Origin: Tolypothrix carrinoi HA7290-LM1
GTDB lineage: Bacteria > Cyanobacteriota > Cyanobacteriia > Cyanobacteriales > Nostocaceae
NCBI GenBank assembly: GCA_019358935.1
Contig: JAHHIK010000032.1
Location: forward strand, 1 to 64,000
Direction of reading: 5' to 3'
DNA length: 64,000 nt
Both the position numbers and the translations under genes were made by a program. The notes beneath the pieces were generated by a model, which made no database searches, was not told the DNA's origin, and saw only the letters and a program-made list of their open reading frames with translations. Shown here in pieces: positions 31,751-41,612 of this stretch; position 1 is the stretch's first letter, and each line of letters opens with the position of its first letter.

Positions 31751-31820
31751 ATAGCTTTGGTAATTGAGAATAGAGCATGGTTAATAACTTCTATGCTCTA
31801 TTACCTTTCGCCAAAGCTAT
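31751..31820 (+). terminator. Long nested stem-loop between hetP and the PPIase gene
   Basis: ATAGCTTTGG/CCAAAGCTAT outer arms and AATAGAGCAT/ATGCTCTATT inner arms. Confidence 0.6.
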
Positions 31821-31838
31821 GATAATTATCAAAAACTA

Positions 31839-32666
31839 ATGAATGACCTTTCAAAAAGAGTTATTAAAGCGGCAGATTCAGACTTTTACTCGACTTTGTT
31901 CCCTAGCAAGGGGGAAGAAAGCAGTTCCCCCTTGCCTCTTGTTGAACCAAAGGAGATTGTCAACTTCCTCAAAAGCGAAATGAATTTCAAACAAGTCTGT
32001 CAAAAGATTTTGTTTCAAAAGGTGATATGTCAGGCTGCACAAGAAAGAGGGATTATTGTCACGACAGAAGAGATTGAGGCAGAAGCAAATCGTCAACGTC
32101 GTGAAAAGCGTTTGGAAAAAGCTACAGATACTTTGTCATGGTTAACAGATGAATTGATTAGTTTGGATGATTGGGAAGTCGGAATCCGCAATCATCTACT
32201 GTCACAAAAATTGGCTCAGACGCTGTTTGCTAAAGAAGTAGAAAGTTTTTTTCTCCAAAATAGCCTTAGTTTTGAGCAAGTTATCCTTTATCAAATCATT
32301 GTTGATTCTGAAAAACTGGCTCAAGAACTTTACTATCAAATTGAAGAAGGTGAAATCAGTTTTTATGATGCGGCTCACCTTTATGATATTGATGAGAACC
32401 GCCGACAACAGTGCGGTTACGAAGGAAAAGTCTACCGTTGTTCTATAGAGGCAGATATAGCTGCTATTATATTTACAACAATACCTAAGCAGTTAATTGG
32501 ACCGCTAAAAACCGAGCGAGGTTATCATCTTTTAATGGTTGAAGAGTTGATTACTGCCGAATTATCACCTGAAAGATATCAAGAAATTCTGAATAATATG
32601 TTTCAGCAGTGGCTAGCTGCGGAGTTAGACTATATGCTTAATTTATCACAATTACAAATAAGATAA
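31839..32666 (+). CDS. PpiC/SurA-type peptidylprolyl isomerase (T1SS-associated foldase)
   Basis: LAQELYYQIEEGEISF, GYEG and IGPLKTERGYHLLMVEE motifs; paralogue of the genes at 40365 and 56350. Confidence 0.85.
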   Translation: MNDLSKRVIKAADSDFYSTLFPSKGEESSSPLPLVEPKEIVNFLKSEMNFKQVCQKILFQKVICQAAQERGIIVTTEEIEAEANRQRREKRLEKATDTLSWLTDELISLDDWEVGIRNHLLSQKLAQTLFAKEVESFFLQNSLSFEQVILYQIIVDSEKLAQELYYQIEEGEISFYDAAHLYDIDENRRQQCGYEGKVYRCSIEADIAAIIFTTIPKQLIGPLKTERGYHLLMVEELITAELSPERYQEILNNMFQQWLAAELDYMLNLSQLQIR

Positions 32667-32728
32667 GCTCCAGTCCACCTACGTGGAGAAAAGCCGACGC
32701 TCCTTGGCTTTTGGCGTTCAGAACTTCG

Positions 32729-34912
32729 TTTGTTCGTTTGTTTAGCCAAGGCGAGGTATTTAAAATCTGATGAGTCAGACTATAATATTTTCTTACTTAT
32801 GATAGATACTTAAATTGTATGCATGTGCTTTAAGATAAATTGATATTTTAATACTTTAGATAGATGCACAAATACTAGGTTTAATACTTGGGTTTGAACA
32901 ATATTGGCTGTCAGAAATAAAGTTTGACTTGAACAAATTTTGAGTGAAAATTTCTAACCGAGAAAATACTGAAAACCCAAATAGTTAATATAAATTAAAT
33001 AAACTTTAATTTATATAGTAATTTAAAACACTATATTAACCTTTCGTGAAAAAATTATAAAATTGCGATAAAGATTTTATTTTTTTGTCAGAATAGCTTG
33101 ACTAAATATACCTAAATCTATTAAGAAGAAGATGTGTGTGAGTGCAGAGTATAAGAATCTCTCGCTTTCTAGCTGAAATTGACTTTTAAATTATTTCAGA
33201 TTTATAAGAATCTGCTGATTACTAACAGAGGTCATGGTAGGCTAACAAAAAGTGACTGTTGTACTAATACAAGCGTCTAAGTCGCTTTTATCTTCAATGG
33301 CTAGAGCAGTTTAAAACGTATGATTGTTAATCATCCTTAACAACATCAAATATTTGGAGGAGTAGCTACGCACTTATTGTTGTGCAAAGTTCAAGAAGAT
33401 AATTAAAATAAAAGAAAACCCTTTAGCAGACTCCAATAAGCTTTTTTCTAATTATTTGCTGAGGAGGAATGTTCAAATTGTAACAAATGTATATACCATC
33501 ATATTTTCGCTTTCGCGTGGAATTGATGGCTTTGATAAAGAATTGTGTGAATCTACGCCATCAAACCTTACACGATTATTGTGTTTGCTGAATATTAAGT
33601 TAATGTTGTAAACAATTACTGAGCTTTTTTATCATTTTTATCGCAAAAGTGCATAATTTTCTTTTGATACACCCATTACGATACAGAAAGAGAACAAAAG
33701 CTCTTGAGACTTAACTGACCTTCAAAAAATGAGGAGTGGCTGAATGAACACAATTCCCACTGATGTTAATGCGTAAGTTATCAAAGCTTGAGAAATTCTA
33801 AGTTGCACTAGTGACTAATTCACCGTTTGAGGTGCGTTTGTCATTTACTGTTGTTTATTAGGGGCTCACCAACTATGGATTATGTATGTTTTCTTACTCT
33901 TTGCTTACTACTGCTGGCTAACAATTCGCTTTGCAGTTTTACTTCACCAAACTTTCATCGGCTGGATTGAGGAAAAAATTCGACAACAGGATAGAGTAGA
34001 GTTGCCACTCATGCCTATGTATGCAGCTATAGTGATTTGGCATCGGCAAAAAGGCATTTAAATTCCTCACCTGATGTAGCAAAGTTTTCAGCTATGGTTT
34101 GGCTTGAGGAACTTTATCAAAACACAACATCATGTGACTACTAGTCTTTGATGCTTTGTATATCTCCAGAGAAACTAATTAAAGACAGGAGATTGACGCA
34201 TTAAATGATACATTCCGGGAAGAACCCCCCTAGACTCGCAAAGCACAGGGGGGAAACCCGGTGTTAGTTGCACATCACTTAACGACTTAATTGTCGTTTT
34301 AGGACTAATTAATGCAAGCAGCTGTAGAACTTTAGCTTGCCGGCTTAGAAAAACAGCTGCTGCGGACGAACTTGCCCACTTTGTACAGTTGATGACAACT
34401 GGATAAAATTATGTCACAACATTTCTTTAAAGACAAGGCTGTTGAGAGATACGACTTGCAAAAAAGCAAGTTGTTAAAGCATGACTGGATGTCAAGCTAT
34501 GAATGAAGAATTTCAAAGCGAATTCTCAGCCAGAATATAGTCGTCGCAGAAAAACTATGTTGCTGGCTAAGAGAAGTGAATTTACAACCCGAATGTCTAA
34601 AATATTAGGTTATTTACCAGAAATAGCGTTCGGTTGGATTGCTGTTAGATGTTCGATTTGGATAAGAGCACTCCGCGAGATCGCGCGATCGCACGTCCAT
34701 ACTTAGTCATCAATATCTAGAACGATCGCTCAAGTCCACTTAACAAAAATTATCCTGTTAAGAACTAATTCTCTTTTCTAAGGATGGGGGAATTAAGATT
34801 TGCAACTGCCAATAAGATCAACTTAGTTTCCATTTATCTTTCAAGGAAGGCGTTTTCATTAGTCAAGTGTCAAAAACCCTTGACTCTTATGTGATATTTA
34901 CAGGGGGAAACA
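32729..34912 (+). promoter_or_regulatory. ~2.2 kb conserved non-coding leader of module 1 (paralogue of 49058-51375)
   Basis: Collinear blocks of near identity with the second copy; no ORF is intact in both copies. Confidence 0.75.
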
Positions 34913-37900
34913 GTGTTTTTACGGCAACAGTTAAGTCAACAACTCACCCAAATTTTGGGTGAAACGCTTTGCGACAGCGAACTTGACAGGTGTTTGGCAT
35001 TAATTGAAATTGTCGAACCACCTGACTCTAAGCAATTTTGGCAAGCAGCATCAGCAAAACCTGGGATTTATATTATCTTGGCGGGTAAATGCAGGCTTTT
35101 AGATAGTGCTGATAACTTAATTACTACTCTTTGTGTTGGGGAATCATTCGGTGAGATAACTCTGTTTCCCGAACAAGAGTTGACAAATTACGCAGCTAGA
35201 GCTTCTGTTAATTTAAAGCTTGGCTATATCCCCTTTGAAGCGCTGCAAGAAGTATTTCGCACATATCCAAGTATAAGCGATCGCCTGAATGCCCGCGCTG
35301 AAATTTGGGATTTACTGCTGTTGTGTCGCCAAAACTCACAATTTCCGCGCCATACATCTCAAGTGGAAGGAATGCTCAAAGCCTTATCTCTGTTTGAACG
35401 GCACAATCTGAAGATTGGCGAAGTGAGTACAGAACTATCCCAATCGCAATTGTGGCTGTTACATAGAGGGCAACTACAGCATTCTCAGGGTTACACCTTG
35501 ACTCCTGGCAATATCTATGCACAGCCAAAAACAGGTAGTTGGCAGGTTCAGCAACCAGCGATCGCTTACATTCTCAAGAATTCTGATTGGCAAACAGCAC
35601 TCTTAAACTGCCCAGAATTACAGTCATTTGTCGCTGACCAAAAGCTTAGACCAGCCGCAACCGTTGAGCGAAAGCCACGAAAGAACAGGTCAAGTGTTGA
35701 GCTTTATGACTCCAGAGCTAAAGTCATTCCCTTTCCCAAACGAGAACAAGAGCCAAAAGAAAAACAAAAACCAAAAAAATCACGTCCTTTCTTTCCTAGC
35801 CCAAAAGTGCGAGCGGGGCATTGGTGGGGAAGATTCACCAAGAGTTATCCCTTTTACGCTCAACAAAGCGCATCAGATTGCGGTTCTGCTTGTCTGGTGA
35901 TGATTGGTAACTATTGGGGTAAGCACTTTAGTGTCAATCGCTTGCGGGATATGACCAACGTCAACCGCAGTGGGGCATCTCTACGTGCCCTAGCAGCGGC
36001 AGCAGAAAACCTTGGTTTTGCCACCCGTCCGGTGAAAGCTACCCTCGATAAATTAGCAGAACAACCTCTGCCAGCGATCGCCCACTGGGAAGGCAAGCAT
36101 TTCATTGTCGTCTATGAAATAACCAAAAAGCGGGTAATTATCTGCGACCCTGCCCTTGGTCAACGCAGCTTGACCAAAAAGGAATTTCAAATCGGTTGGA
36201 CTGGATATGCATTATTACTGCAACCCACATCACTACTAAAAAATGCCAAAGCTGAGAGTGCAGGCTTTTGGAAGTTTTTTGAGTTAATCAAACCTCACTA
36301 CAAGGTATTGATAGAAGTCTTCCTGGCAAGCGTGCTGATGCAGCTATTTGGACTGGTAACGCCGGTATTCACCCAGTTGTTGCTAGACAGAGTGCTTGTA
36401 CAACGCAGCGTTGCCACCTTAAACGCCGTTGGTACGGGGATGATCGTTTTTGGGTTGTTTAGTATTGCCATGAACGGAGTGCGGCAATATCTGCTGGATC
36501 ACACGGCAAACCGCGTTAGTCTCTCGTTACTGGTGGGTTTTATCAAACATACCTTCCGCTTGCCCCTCTCCTATTTTGAGTCGCGTTATGTCGGGGATAT
36601 TGTCTCTCGCATCCAAGAAAACCAGAAAATTCAGCGTTTCCTGACCGGTCAAACACTGTCAATCATGCTGGATATGCTGACATTGGTCGTCTATCTGGCG
36701 ATGATGTTCGCTTATAGCTGGCGGATGGCATTATTTGTGCTGTGTACTGTGCCGCCATTTTTTATCCTGGCACTAGCTAGCACCAATATTTTGCGCCGCA
36801 TTTCCAGAGAGATTTTTAACGCTGGTGCCGAAGAAAACAGCTATCTGATAGAATCCCTGACAGGAATTCGCACAGTTCGCTCGTTGTCAATTGAACAGAC
36901 AGTACGCTGGCGTTGGGAAGAATTACTGAATAACTTGGTAAAAAAAGGCTTTAATGCTCAGATAATCGGCAATCGCTTACAAATCATCAGTGGTGCAATT
37001 CAAACCTTTGTGAATACAGGATTGATGTGGTTTGGAGCATGGCAGGTGATTCAAGGGGATCTCACCGTTGGGCAATTAGTTGCCTTCAATATGTTGGTGG
37101 GTAACGTATTGAGTCCTTTTCAACGGTTGTCGCTGCTGTGGAACGAATTGCAGGAAATCGTGATTTCCACCGAACGCATTAATGATGTTTTAGAAGCGGA
37201 ACCGGAAGAAGACTTACACAATAAACCCCGGAAGACCTTAGGTAGACTTGACGGTAACATTCGCTTTGATAATGTCACCTTCCGCTATCACCCAGAAAGT
37301 GAGACGAACGTGCTGGAAAATCTCAGCTTTGAAATCCAGCCCAATCAAATGGTGGCACTAGTTGGACGATCTGGGTCTGGAAAAACAACCCTGAGCAAAT
37401 TGATTTTAGGTTTATACCCTCCGACAGATGGCAAAGTATTGATTGACAGTCATGATATCAGTTGTGTATCCTTGCGATCGCTCCGTTCTCAAGTCGGTGT
37501 TGTCGATCAAGATACCTTTCTGTTTGGTGGTACCATTCGCGAAAACATCTCCATCGCCCACCCGGAAGCGTCTATAGAAGAAATTATTCAAGCAGCCAAA
37601 TATGCAGGAGCTGATGAATTTATTCAGCAACTGCCAATGGGTTATGAATCCCAAATCGGTGAAGGTGGGGGAATGCTCTCTGGTGGACAACGCCAACGTC
37701 TGGCGATCGCCCGTGCCTTGATGGGAAATCCCCGTTTGTTACTTTTTGATGAAGCCACGAGTCACCTAGATTCTGAATCAGAACGGATTATTCAGAACAA
37801 CTTAAAAACAATTCTTAAAGGACGGACTAGTGTAATCATTGCCCATCGACTCTCTACTGTCCGCAATGCTGACTTAATTCTGGTTTTGGATCGCGGCTTA

Positions 37901-37990
37901 TTAGTCGAAAGCGGCACTCACGACGAATTAATCGCCAAAAAAGGTCATTATTACTACCTAAATCAACAACAACTCGCTCAAGCAGTTTAG
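34913..37990 (+). CDS. Peptidase C39 ABC exporter with N-terminal cNMP-binding-like domain (module 1)
   Basis: GTG start after GGGGG; GESFGE cNMP-like motif; SDCGSACL/HWEGKH/CDPA; GRSGSGKT, LSGGQRQR and LLFDE. Confidence 0.93.
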   Translation: MFLRQQLSQQLTQILGETLCDSELDRCLALIEIVEPPDSKQFWQAASAKPGIYIILAGKCRLLDSADNLITTLCVGESFGEITLFPEQELTNYAARASVNLKLGYIPFEALQEVFRTYPSISDRLNARAEIWDLLLLCRQNSQFPRHTSQVEGMLKALSLFERHNLKIGEVSTELSQSQLWLLHRGQLQHSQGYTLTPGNIYAQPKTGSWQVQQPAIAYILKNSDWQTALLNCPELQSFVADQKLRPAATVERKPRKNRSSVELYDSRAKVIPFPKREQEPKEKQKPKKSRPFFPSPKVRAGHWWGRFTKSYPFYAQQSASDCGSACLVMIGNYWGKHFSVNRLRDMTNVNRSGASLRALAAAAENLGFATRPVKATLDKLAEQPLPAIAHWEGKHFIVVYEITKKRVIICDPALGQRSLTKKEFQIGWTGYALLLQPTSLLKNAKAESAGFWKFFELIKPHYKVLIEVFLASVLMQLFGLVTPVFTQLLLDRVLVQRSVATLNAVGTGMIVFGLFSIAMNGVRQYLLDHTANRVSLSLLVGFIKHTFRLPLSYFESRYVGDIVSRIQENQKIQRFLTGQTLSIMLDMLTLVVYLAMMFAYSWRMALFVLCTVPPFFILALASTNILRRISREIFNAGAEENSYLIESLTGIRTVRSLSIEQTVRWRWEELLNNLVKKGFNAQIIGNRLQIISGAIQTFVNTGLMWFGAWQVIQGDLTVGQLVAFNMLVGNVLSPFQRLSLLWNELQEIVISTERINDVLEAEPEEDLHNKPRKTLGRLDGNIRFDNVTFRYHPESETNVLENLSFEIQPNQMVALVGRSGSGKTTLSKLILGLYPPTDGKVLIDSHDISCVSLRSLRSQVGVVDQDTFLFGGTIRENISIAHPEASIEEIIQAAKYAGADEFIQQLPMGYESQIGEGGGMLSGGQRQRLAIARALMGNPRLLLFDEATSHLDSESERIIQNNLKTILKGRTSVIIAHRLSTVRNADLILVLDRGLLVESGTHDELIAKKGHYYYLNQQQLAQAV

Positions 37991-38220
37991 GGAGACAAGG
38001 AGACAAGGGGGACAAGGAGGACAAGGGAGACAAGGGGGACAAGGAGGACAAGGGGGACAAGGGGGACAAGGGGGACAAGGGGGACAAGGGGCACAATGAG
38101 AATAATTCTTTCCCCCCCTCTCCCCATCCCCCCATCCCCCCCTCCCCCCCTCTCCCTTGTCTTCCCCCTCTCCCTTGTCCCCCTGCTCCCCCTTGTCCCC
38201 CCTCTCCCCCTCTTCCCACC
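37988..38220. repeat. STRR arrays (GGGGACAAG)n and inverted (CCCCTTGTC) type between ABC and HlyD genes
   Basis: Direct inspection. Confidence 0.9.
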
Positions 38221-38242
38221 TAACGTTCTGAGAGATATCACT

Positions 38243-39796
38243 ATGCCATATACATCTCTTAATTCCTCATCCACACTTACCAAGGATGAAAAGGATGAGT
38301 ATATAAATTACGCAGAGACTGATAAATCTACTGAAGTCCTACCTGGTAGAGAAAGAGAAGGTGATGCCCAAGATTTATATTACGGCACCGAAGAACTCCT
38401 GGATGCCTTACCTAGGGTCTGGACACGCGGTGTGCTGTATGTGCTGGTAGGCTTTGCCTTCATTGCCTTACCTTGGGCAAGCATCTCGAAAGTAGATGAG
38501 ACTGGAAGCGCAAAAGGACGTATAGAACCCAAAGGTGCAACGCAAAAATTAGACTCTCAAGCAGGTGGCAGTGTCAAAGCTGTCAGGGTAAAAGAAGGTG
38601 ACACCGTAACAGCAGGGCAGGTTCTGTTAGAACTTGAGTCTGATATCTTGCAAACGGAAATGGAACAGGCTCAGGAAAAGCTATCTGGACTGCAAAATCA
38701 ACGGATGCAACTGGATGTACTCAAAAAACAATTACAGTTGACTCTTGGCGTTCAGGAGCAACAAAACCAATCCCAAGCCCTAGAAAAGATGTCCCAAGTC
38801 AACCAGGCAAAACAAAACCTGGATGCCAAACAGAGTACTTATAACCTGCAAAAGTTAGAAAAACAGGCATTAGTCAATCAGGCACAGCAGCAGATTAGCA
38901 CCACTGAAAATGATCGGAAGTCGGCTCAAGCTCGTTTGGATATAGATTCAAGACAAGTCCAACGCTTTAGCCAACTAGTCAAGGATGGTGCCGTTTCTGC
39001 AAACCAAGTTGACCAACTCAAAAAAGAAGAACAAGAAAGCAAACGGCTCTACGAAAGAGCCACATCTGACATTAAACAAGCAACACTCCGACTGCAAGAA
39101 GAACAGAATCGCTACCAGGCAACAATCAGTCAGTTAAAGTCTGATATCAAGCAAGCAACACTGCGACTGCAAGAGGAGCAAAACAGCTATCAAAGCTTGT
39201 TGCAAAACGGTCAATTGGCGCTTCTGAGAAATCAGCAACAACTCAAAGACTTAGATACACAAATTGGGGCACTGCAATCTCAAATCGCTCAAGCAGGAAG
39301 CCAAATCACATCCTTAAAGCTTCAGATGCAGCAAAGAGTAATGCGATCGCCTATTGATGGAGTGATTTTTGAGTTGCCAACCACCAAAGCCGGAGCGGTG
39401 ATACAACCAGGTCAGCGGATTGCCCAAATTGCACCCAAAAATAGTGGCTTCGTACTCAAAGCGAATATGCCTATTCAGGATAGCGGCTTCTTGAAGGTGG
39501 GAATGCCAGTCAAAGTCAAGTTTGATGCTTATCCCTTCCAAGAATATGGCATCAGCCAAGGTAAAGTTACTTGGATTTCTCCCGACTCCAAAGCAAGCCA
39601 AACACCCCAAGGAACCATAGAAAACTTTGAGTTAGAAATCGTTTTAGACAAGCAGTATGTCCAAAATGGTGAGAAACGCATTCAATTAAGCGCCGGTCAG
39701 ACAGCAAACGCCGAAGTAATTATTCGCCAGCGACGAGTGATTGACTTTGTTTTAGATCCGTTTAAGAAACTGCAAAAAGGCGGTTTAGAGATGTAG
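38243..39796 (+). CDS. HlyD family membrane fusion protein (module 1)
   Basis: Single TM, VKEGDTVTAGQVL, long coiled coil, RSPIDG and VKFDAYPFQEYG. Start reassigned to ATG 38243 because the upstream extension is STRR-derived. Confidence 0.93.
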   Translation: MPYTSLNSSSTLTKDEKDEYINYAETDKSTEVLPGREREGDAQDLYYGTEELLDALPRVWTRGVLYVLVGFAFIALPWASISKVDETGSAKGRIEPKGATQKLDSQAGGSVKAVRVKEGDTVTAGQVLLELESDILQTEMEQAQEKLSGLQNQRMQLDVLKKQLQLTLGVQEQQNQSQALEKMSQVNQAKQNLDAKQSTYNLQKLEKQALVNQAQQQISTTENDRKSAQARLDIDSRQVQRFSQLVKDGAVSANQVDQLKKEEQESKRLYERATSDIKQATLRLQEEQNRYQATISQLKSDIKQATLRLQEEQNSYQSLLQNGQLALLRNQQQLKDLDTQIGALQSQIAQAGSQITSLKLQMQQRVMRSPIDGVIFELPTTKAGAVIQPGQRIAQIAPKNSGFVLKANMPIQDSGFLKVGMPVKVKFDAYPFQEYGISQGKVTWISPDSKASQTPQGTIENFELEIVLDKQYVQNGEKRIQLSAGQTANAEVIIRQRRVIDFVLDPFKKLQKGGLEM

Positions 39797-39807
39797 TCAA
39801 CACTTTT

Positions 39808-39945
39808 AGGACTACGCACGAATAATCGAATAACGAACCGCAGAGAAGCCAGCGCGTTGCGGAGGTTCCCTCCGTTGTAGCGACTGGCGCGACACAGAGG
39901 TAACAGAGGAGTAAGAGGAGCGATCTTGGTTTTTGCGTAAGTCCT
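39808..39945. mobile_element. MITE-like repeat element
   Basis: Terminal IR AGGACTACGCA/TGCGTAAGTCCT; the internal ~70 bp match 12950-13019. Confidence 0.75.
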
Positions 39946-40041
39946 AACTTTTATAGGAGCGCATATCAAGTCCACCTTCGACCTAGCAGCATTCGGAAAC
40001 CCTAAACGTAGATATAGCAACACCAGGAGCAAGCTTTTTAT

Positions 40042-40239
40042 ATGCATCCAATTGACCTAATGAGAAAATATGGCTGGTCTTATCACCACCTAGCCGCAGA
40101 GTTTGGAGTTTCAGAAGCTGAAACCAGACGATGGGGATTTAGAAAAACTGCCAGCAACTATCGGAATCCCCCGTTAATGGCTTACAAGCTAGCGGAAAAA
40201 ATTGATCGGGAATTATCAACTATGTCTGTATCTGCATAG
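40042..40239 (+). CDS. Small helix-turn-helix protein
   Basis: WSYHHLAAEFGVSEAETRRW HTH pattern; AGGAG upstream. Confidence 0.7.
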   Translation: MHPIDLMRKYGWSYHHLAAEFGVSEAETRRWGFRKTASNYRNPPLMAYKLAEKIDRELSTMSVSA

Positions 40240-40364
40240 AACCATTGTTACTACCTAAGTGACCTAGACCGCATTTCAAAGTCGGGTTTTAATAAGGAAT
40301 TAAGAATCAAAACTCCATCTTATCTAGTTTGTAGATAAGGAATGACTTATGGAGGAATTGCATC

Positions 40365-41147
40365 ATGTCCAATATTCTGACGATTACTGATTTAGACATT
40401 ATTCATAGCATCAAACTTTCCTGCCAAATTCCTGATGTAGTAAAAGCGATCGCATCTCAAAAAATTATTGTCCAAGCAACTGAAGAAGCTGGCATTAAGC
40501 TGACGGAAGCAGAACTACAGCAAGAAGGAGATAACTTACGCCTAGCCAAGAAGCTTGTCAAAGCTAAAGATACATGGACATGGTTAGAAAAACACCATCT
40601 GTCTGTCAATGAGTTTGAAGAATTAGTCTATAACAACGTCCTTTCCAGGAAGTTGGCGAATCATCTCTTTTCGGCTCACGTCGAAAAGTTCTTTTATGAA
40701 CACCAACTAGATTATGTGGCTGCTGTCACCTATGAGGTCATCTTTGAGGATAGAGATTTGGCTTTAGAGCTTTTTTATGCCCTCGAAGAAGGCGAAATCA
40801 CTTTTCCAGAAATCGCTCGCCAATATATCCAAGAACCGGAACTTCGCCGTGCTTATGGATATCAGGGACTCCGATACCGCAAAGATTTCCGTCCAGAAAT
40901 TGCAGCCGCTGTATTTCTTGCTTCTGCTCCAAAAATTCTCAAACCGATTACCACTTCAAAAGGAGTGCATTTCATTTGGGTGGAAGAAGTCATTCAACCT
41001 CAGTTGGATGAACAGTTACGCGAAAAAATCATTTCCGAATTGTTTTCTGAGTGGTTAAAGCAACAAATCCAGGTTTTGGAAATTGTCACTAAGTTAGACT
41101 CGGATGGCAATTTGCAACCAGAGTCAGAAGTGCTTAAGCAGGCTTAA
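40365..41147 (+). CDS. PpiC/SurA-type peptidylprolyl isomerase (module 1)
   Basis: LALELFYALEEGEITF.EIAR.Y, FRPEIAAAVF and KPITTSKGVH motifs; GGAGG RBS. Confidence 0.88.
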   Translation: MSNILTITDLDIIHSIKLSCQIPDVVKAIASQKIIVQATEEAGIKLTEAELQQEGDNLRLAKKLVKAKDTWTWLEKHHLSVNEFEELVYNNVLSRKLANHLFSAHVEKFFYEHQLDYVAAVTYEVIFEDRDLALELFYALEEGEITFPEIARQYIQEPELRRAYGYQGLRYRKDFRPEIAAAVFLASAPKILKPITTSKGVHFIWVEEVIQPQLDEQLREKIISELFSEWLKQQIQVLEIVTKLDSDGNLQPESEVLKQA

Positions 41148-41475
41148 GCTTGTTATTAAACAACACCAAATACCTGATAAATTGAAACGTTTTTATCACG
41201 GATAATCCGCCCAATTTCGGGTGGCAAAGGGTAACTTATGTCAAAAAATATTTTTTTGTAGACAGGTAAATTCATAGTAAATAAGAAAACTTCTTTATCT
41301 TTGGGAATCTTTATTTCCGAGTAACTAAGTTTTTATAAATTATAAAAACAGTGATAAATACATTGTTACTAGGCAGTACAAAACTGAATTGTTGCCTAGT
41401 TTTATCATGTAATTTTGCGGATGTTACTAATAAAATAAAAACGCAATATTCTTCAAAAAAACCTAAAAAAAGAGT

Positions 41476-41503
41476 TGACTTTTTAAATGAATAAGGTATA
41501 TTA
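41476..41503 (+). promoter_or_regulatory. Sigma70-type promoter candidate for the small-protein genes
   Basis: TTGACT-N16-TATATT about 110 nt upstream of ATG 41613. Confidence 0.5.
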
Positions 41504-41612
41504 GAAATATGAGCAACGAGAAACAAGTTGCTAGGATAAAAAGCGAACAATAAATAACAATTTGTTTGCACTAATTTCCCAAAAATAGTTATTAATTCCC
41601 AGGAGAAACCCA

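Noticed and set aside
34248..34260. HetR box (GGG-N5-CCC) in the module leaders
   Set aside because: The match arises from a G-run that is better explained as a hairpin arm; the spacer is unlike the hetP site.
34040..34260. c-di-GMP-I riboswitch suggested by GGCAAA / GCAAAG words
   Set aside because: The spacing and helices do not fit the consensus as I know it; an Rfam scan is needed.
38096..38242. Pro/Leu-rich N-terminal extension of HlyD (also 54566-54631)
   Set aside because: Derived from STRR arrays; downstream ATGs align between the paralogues.
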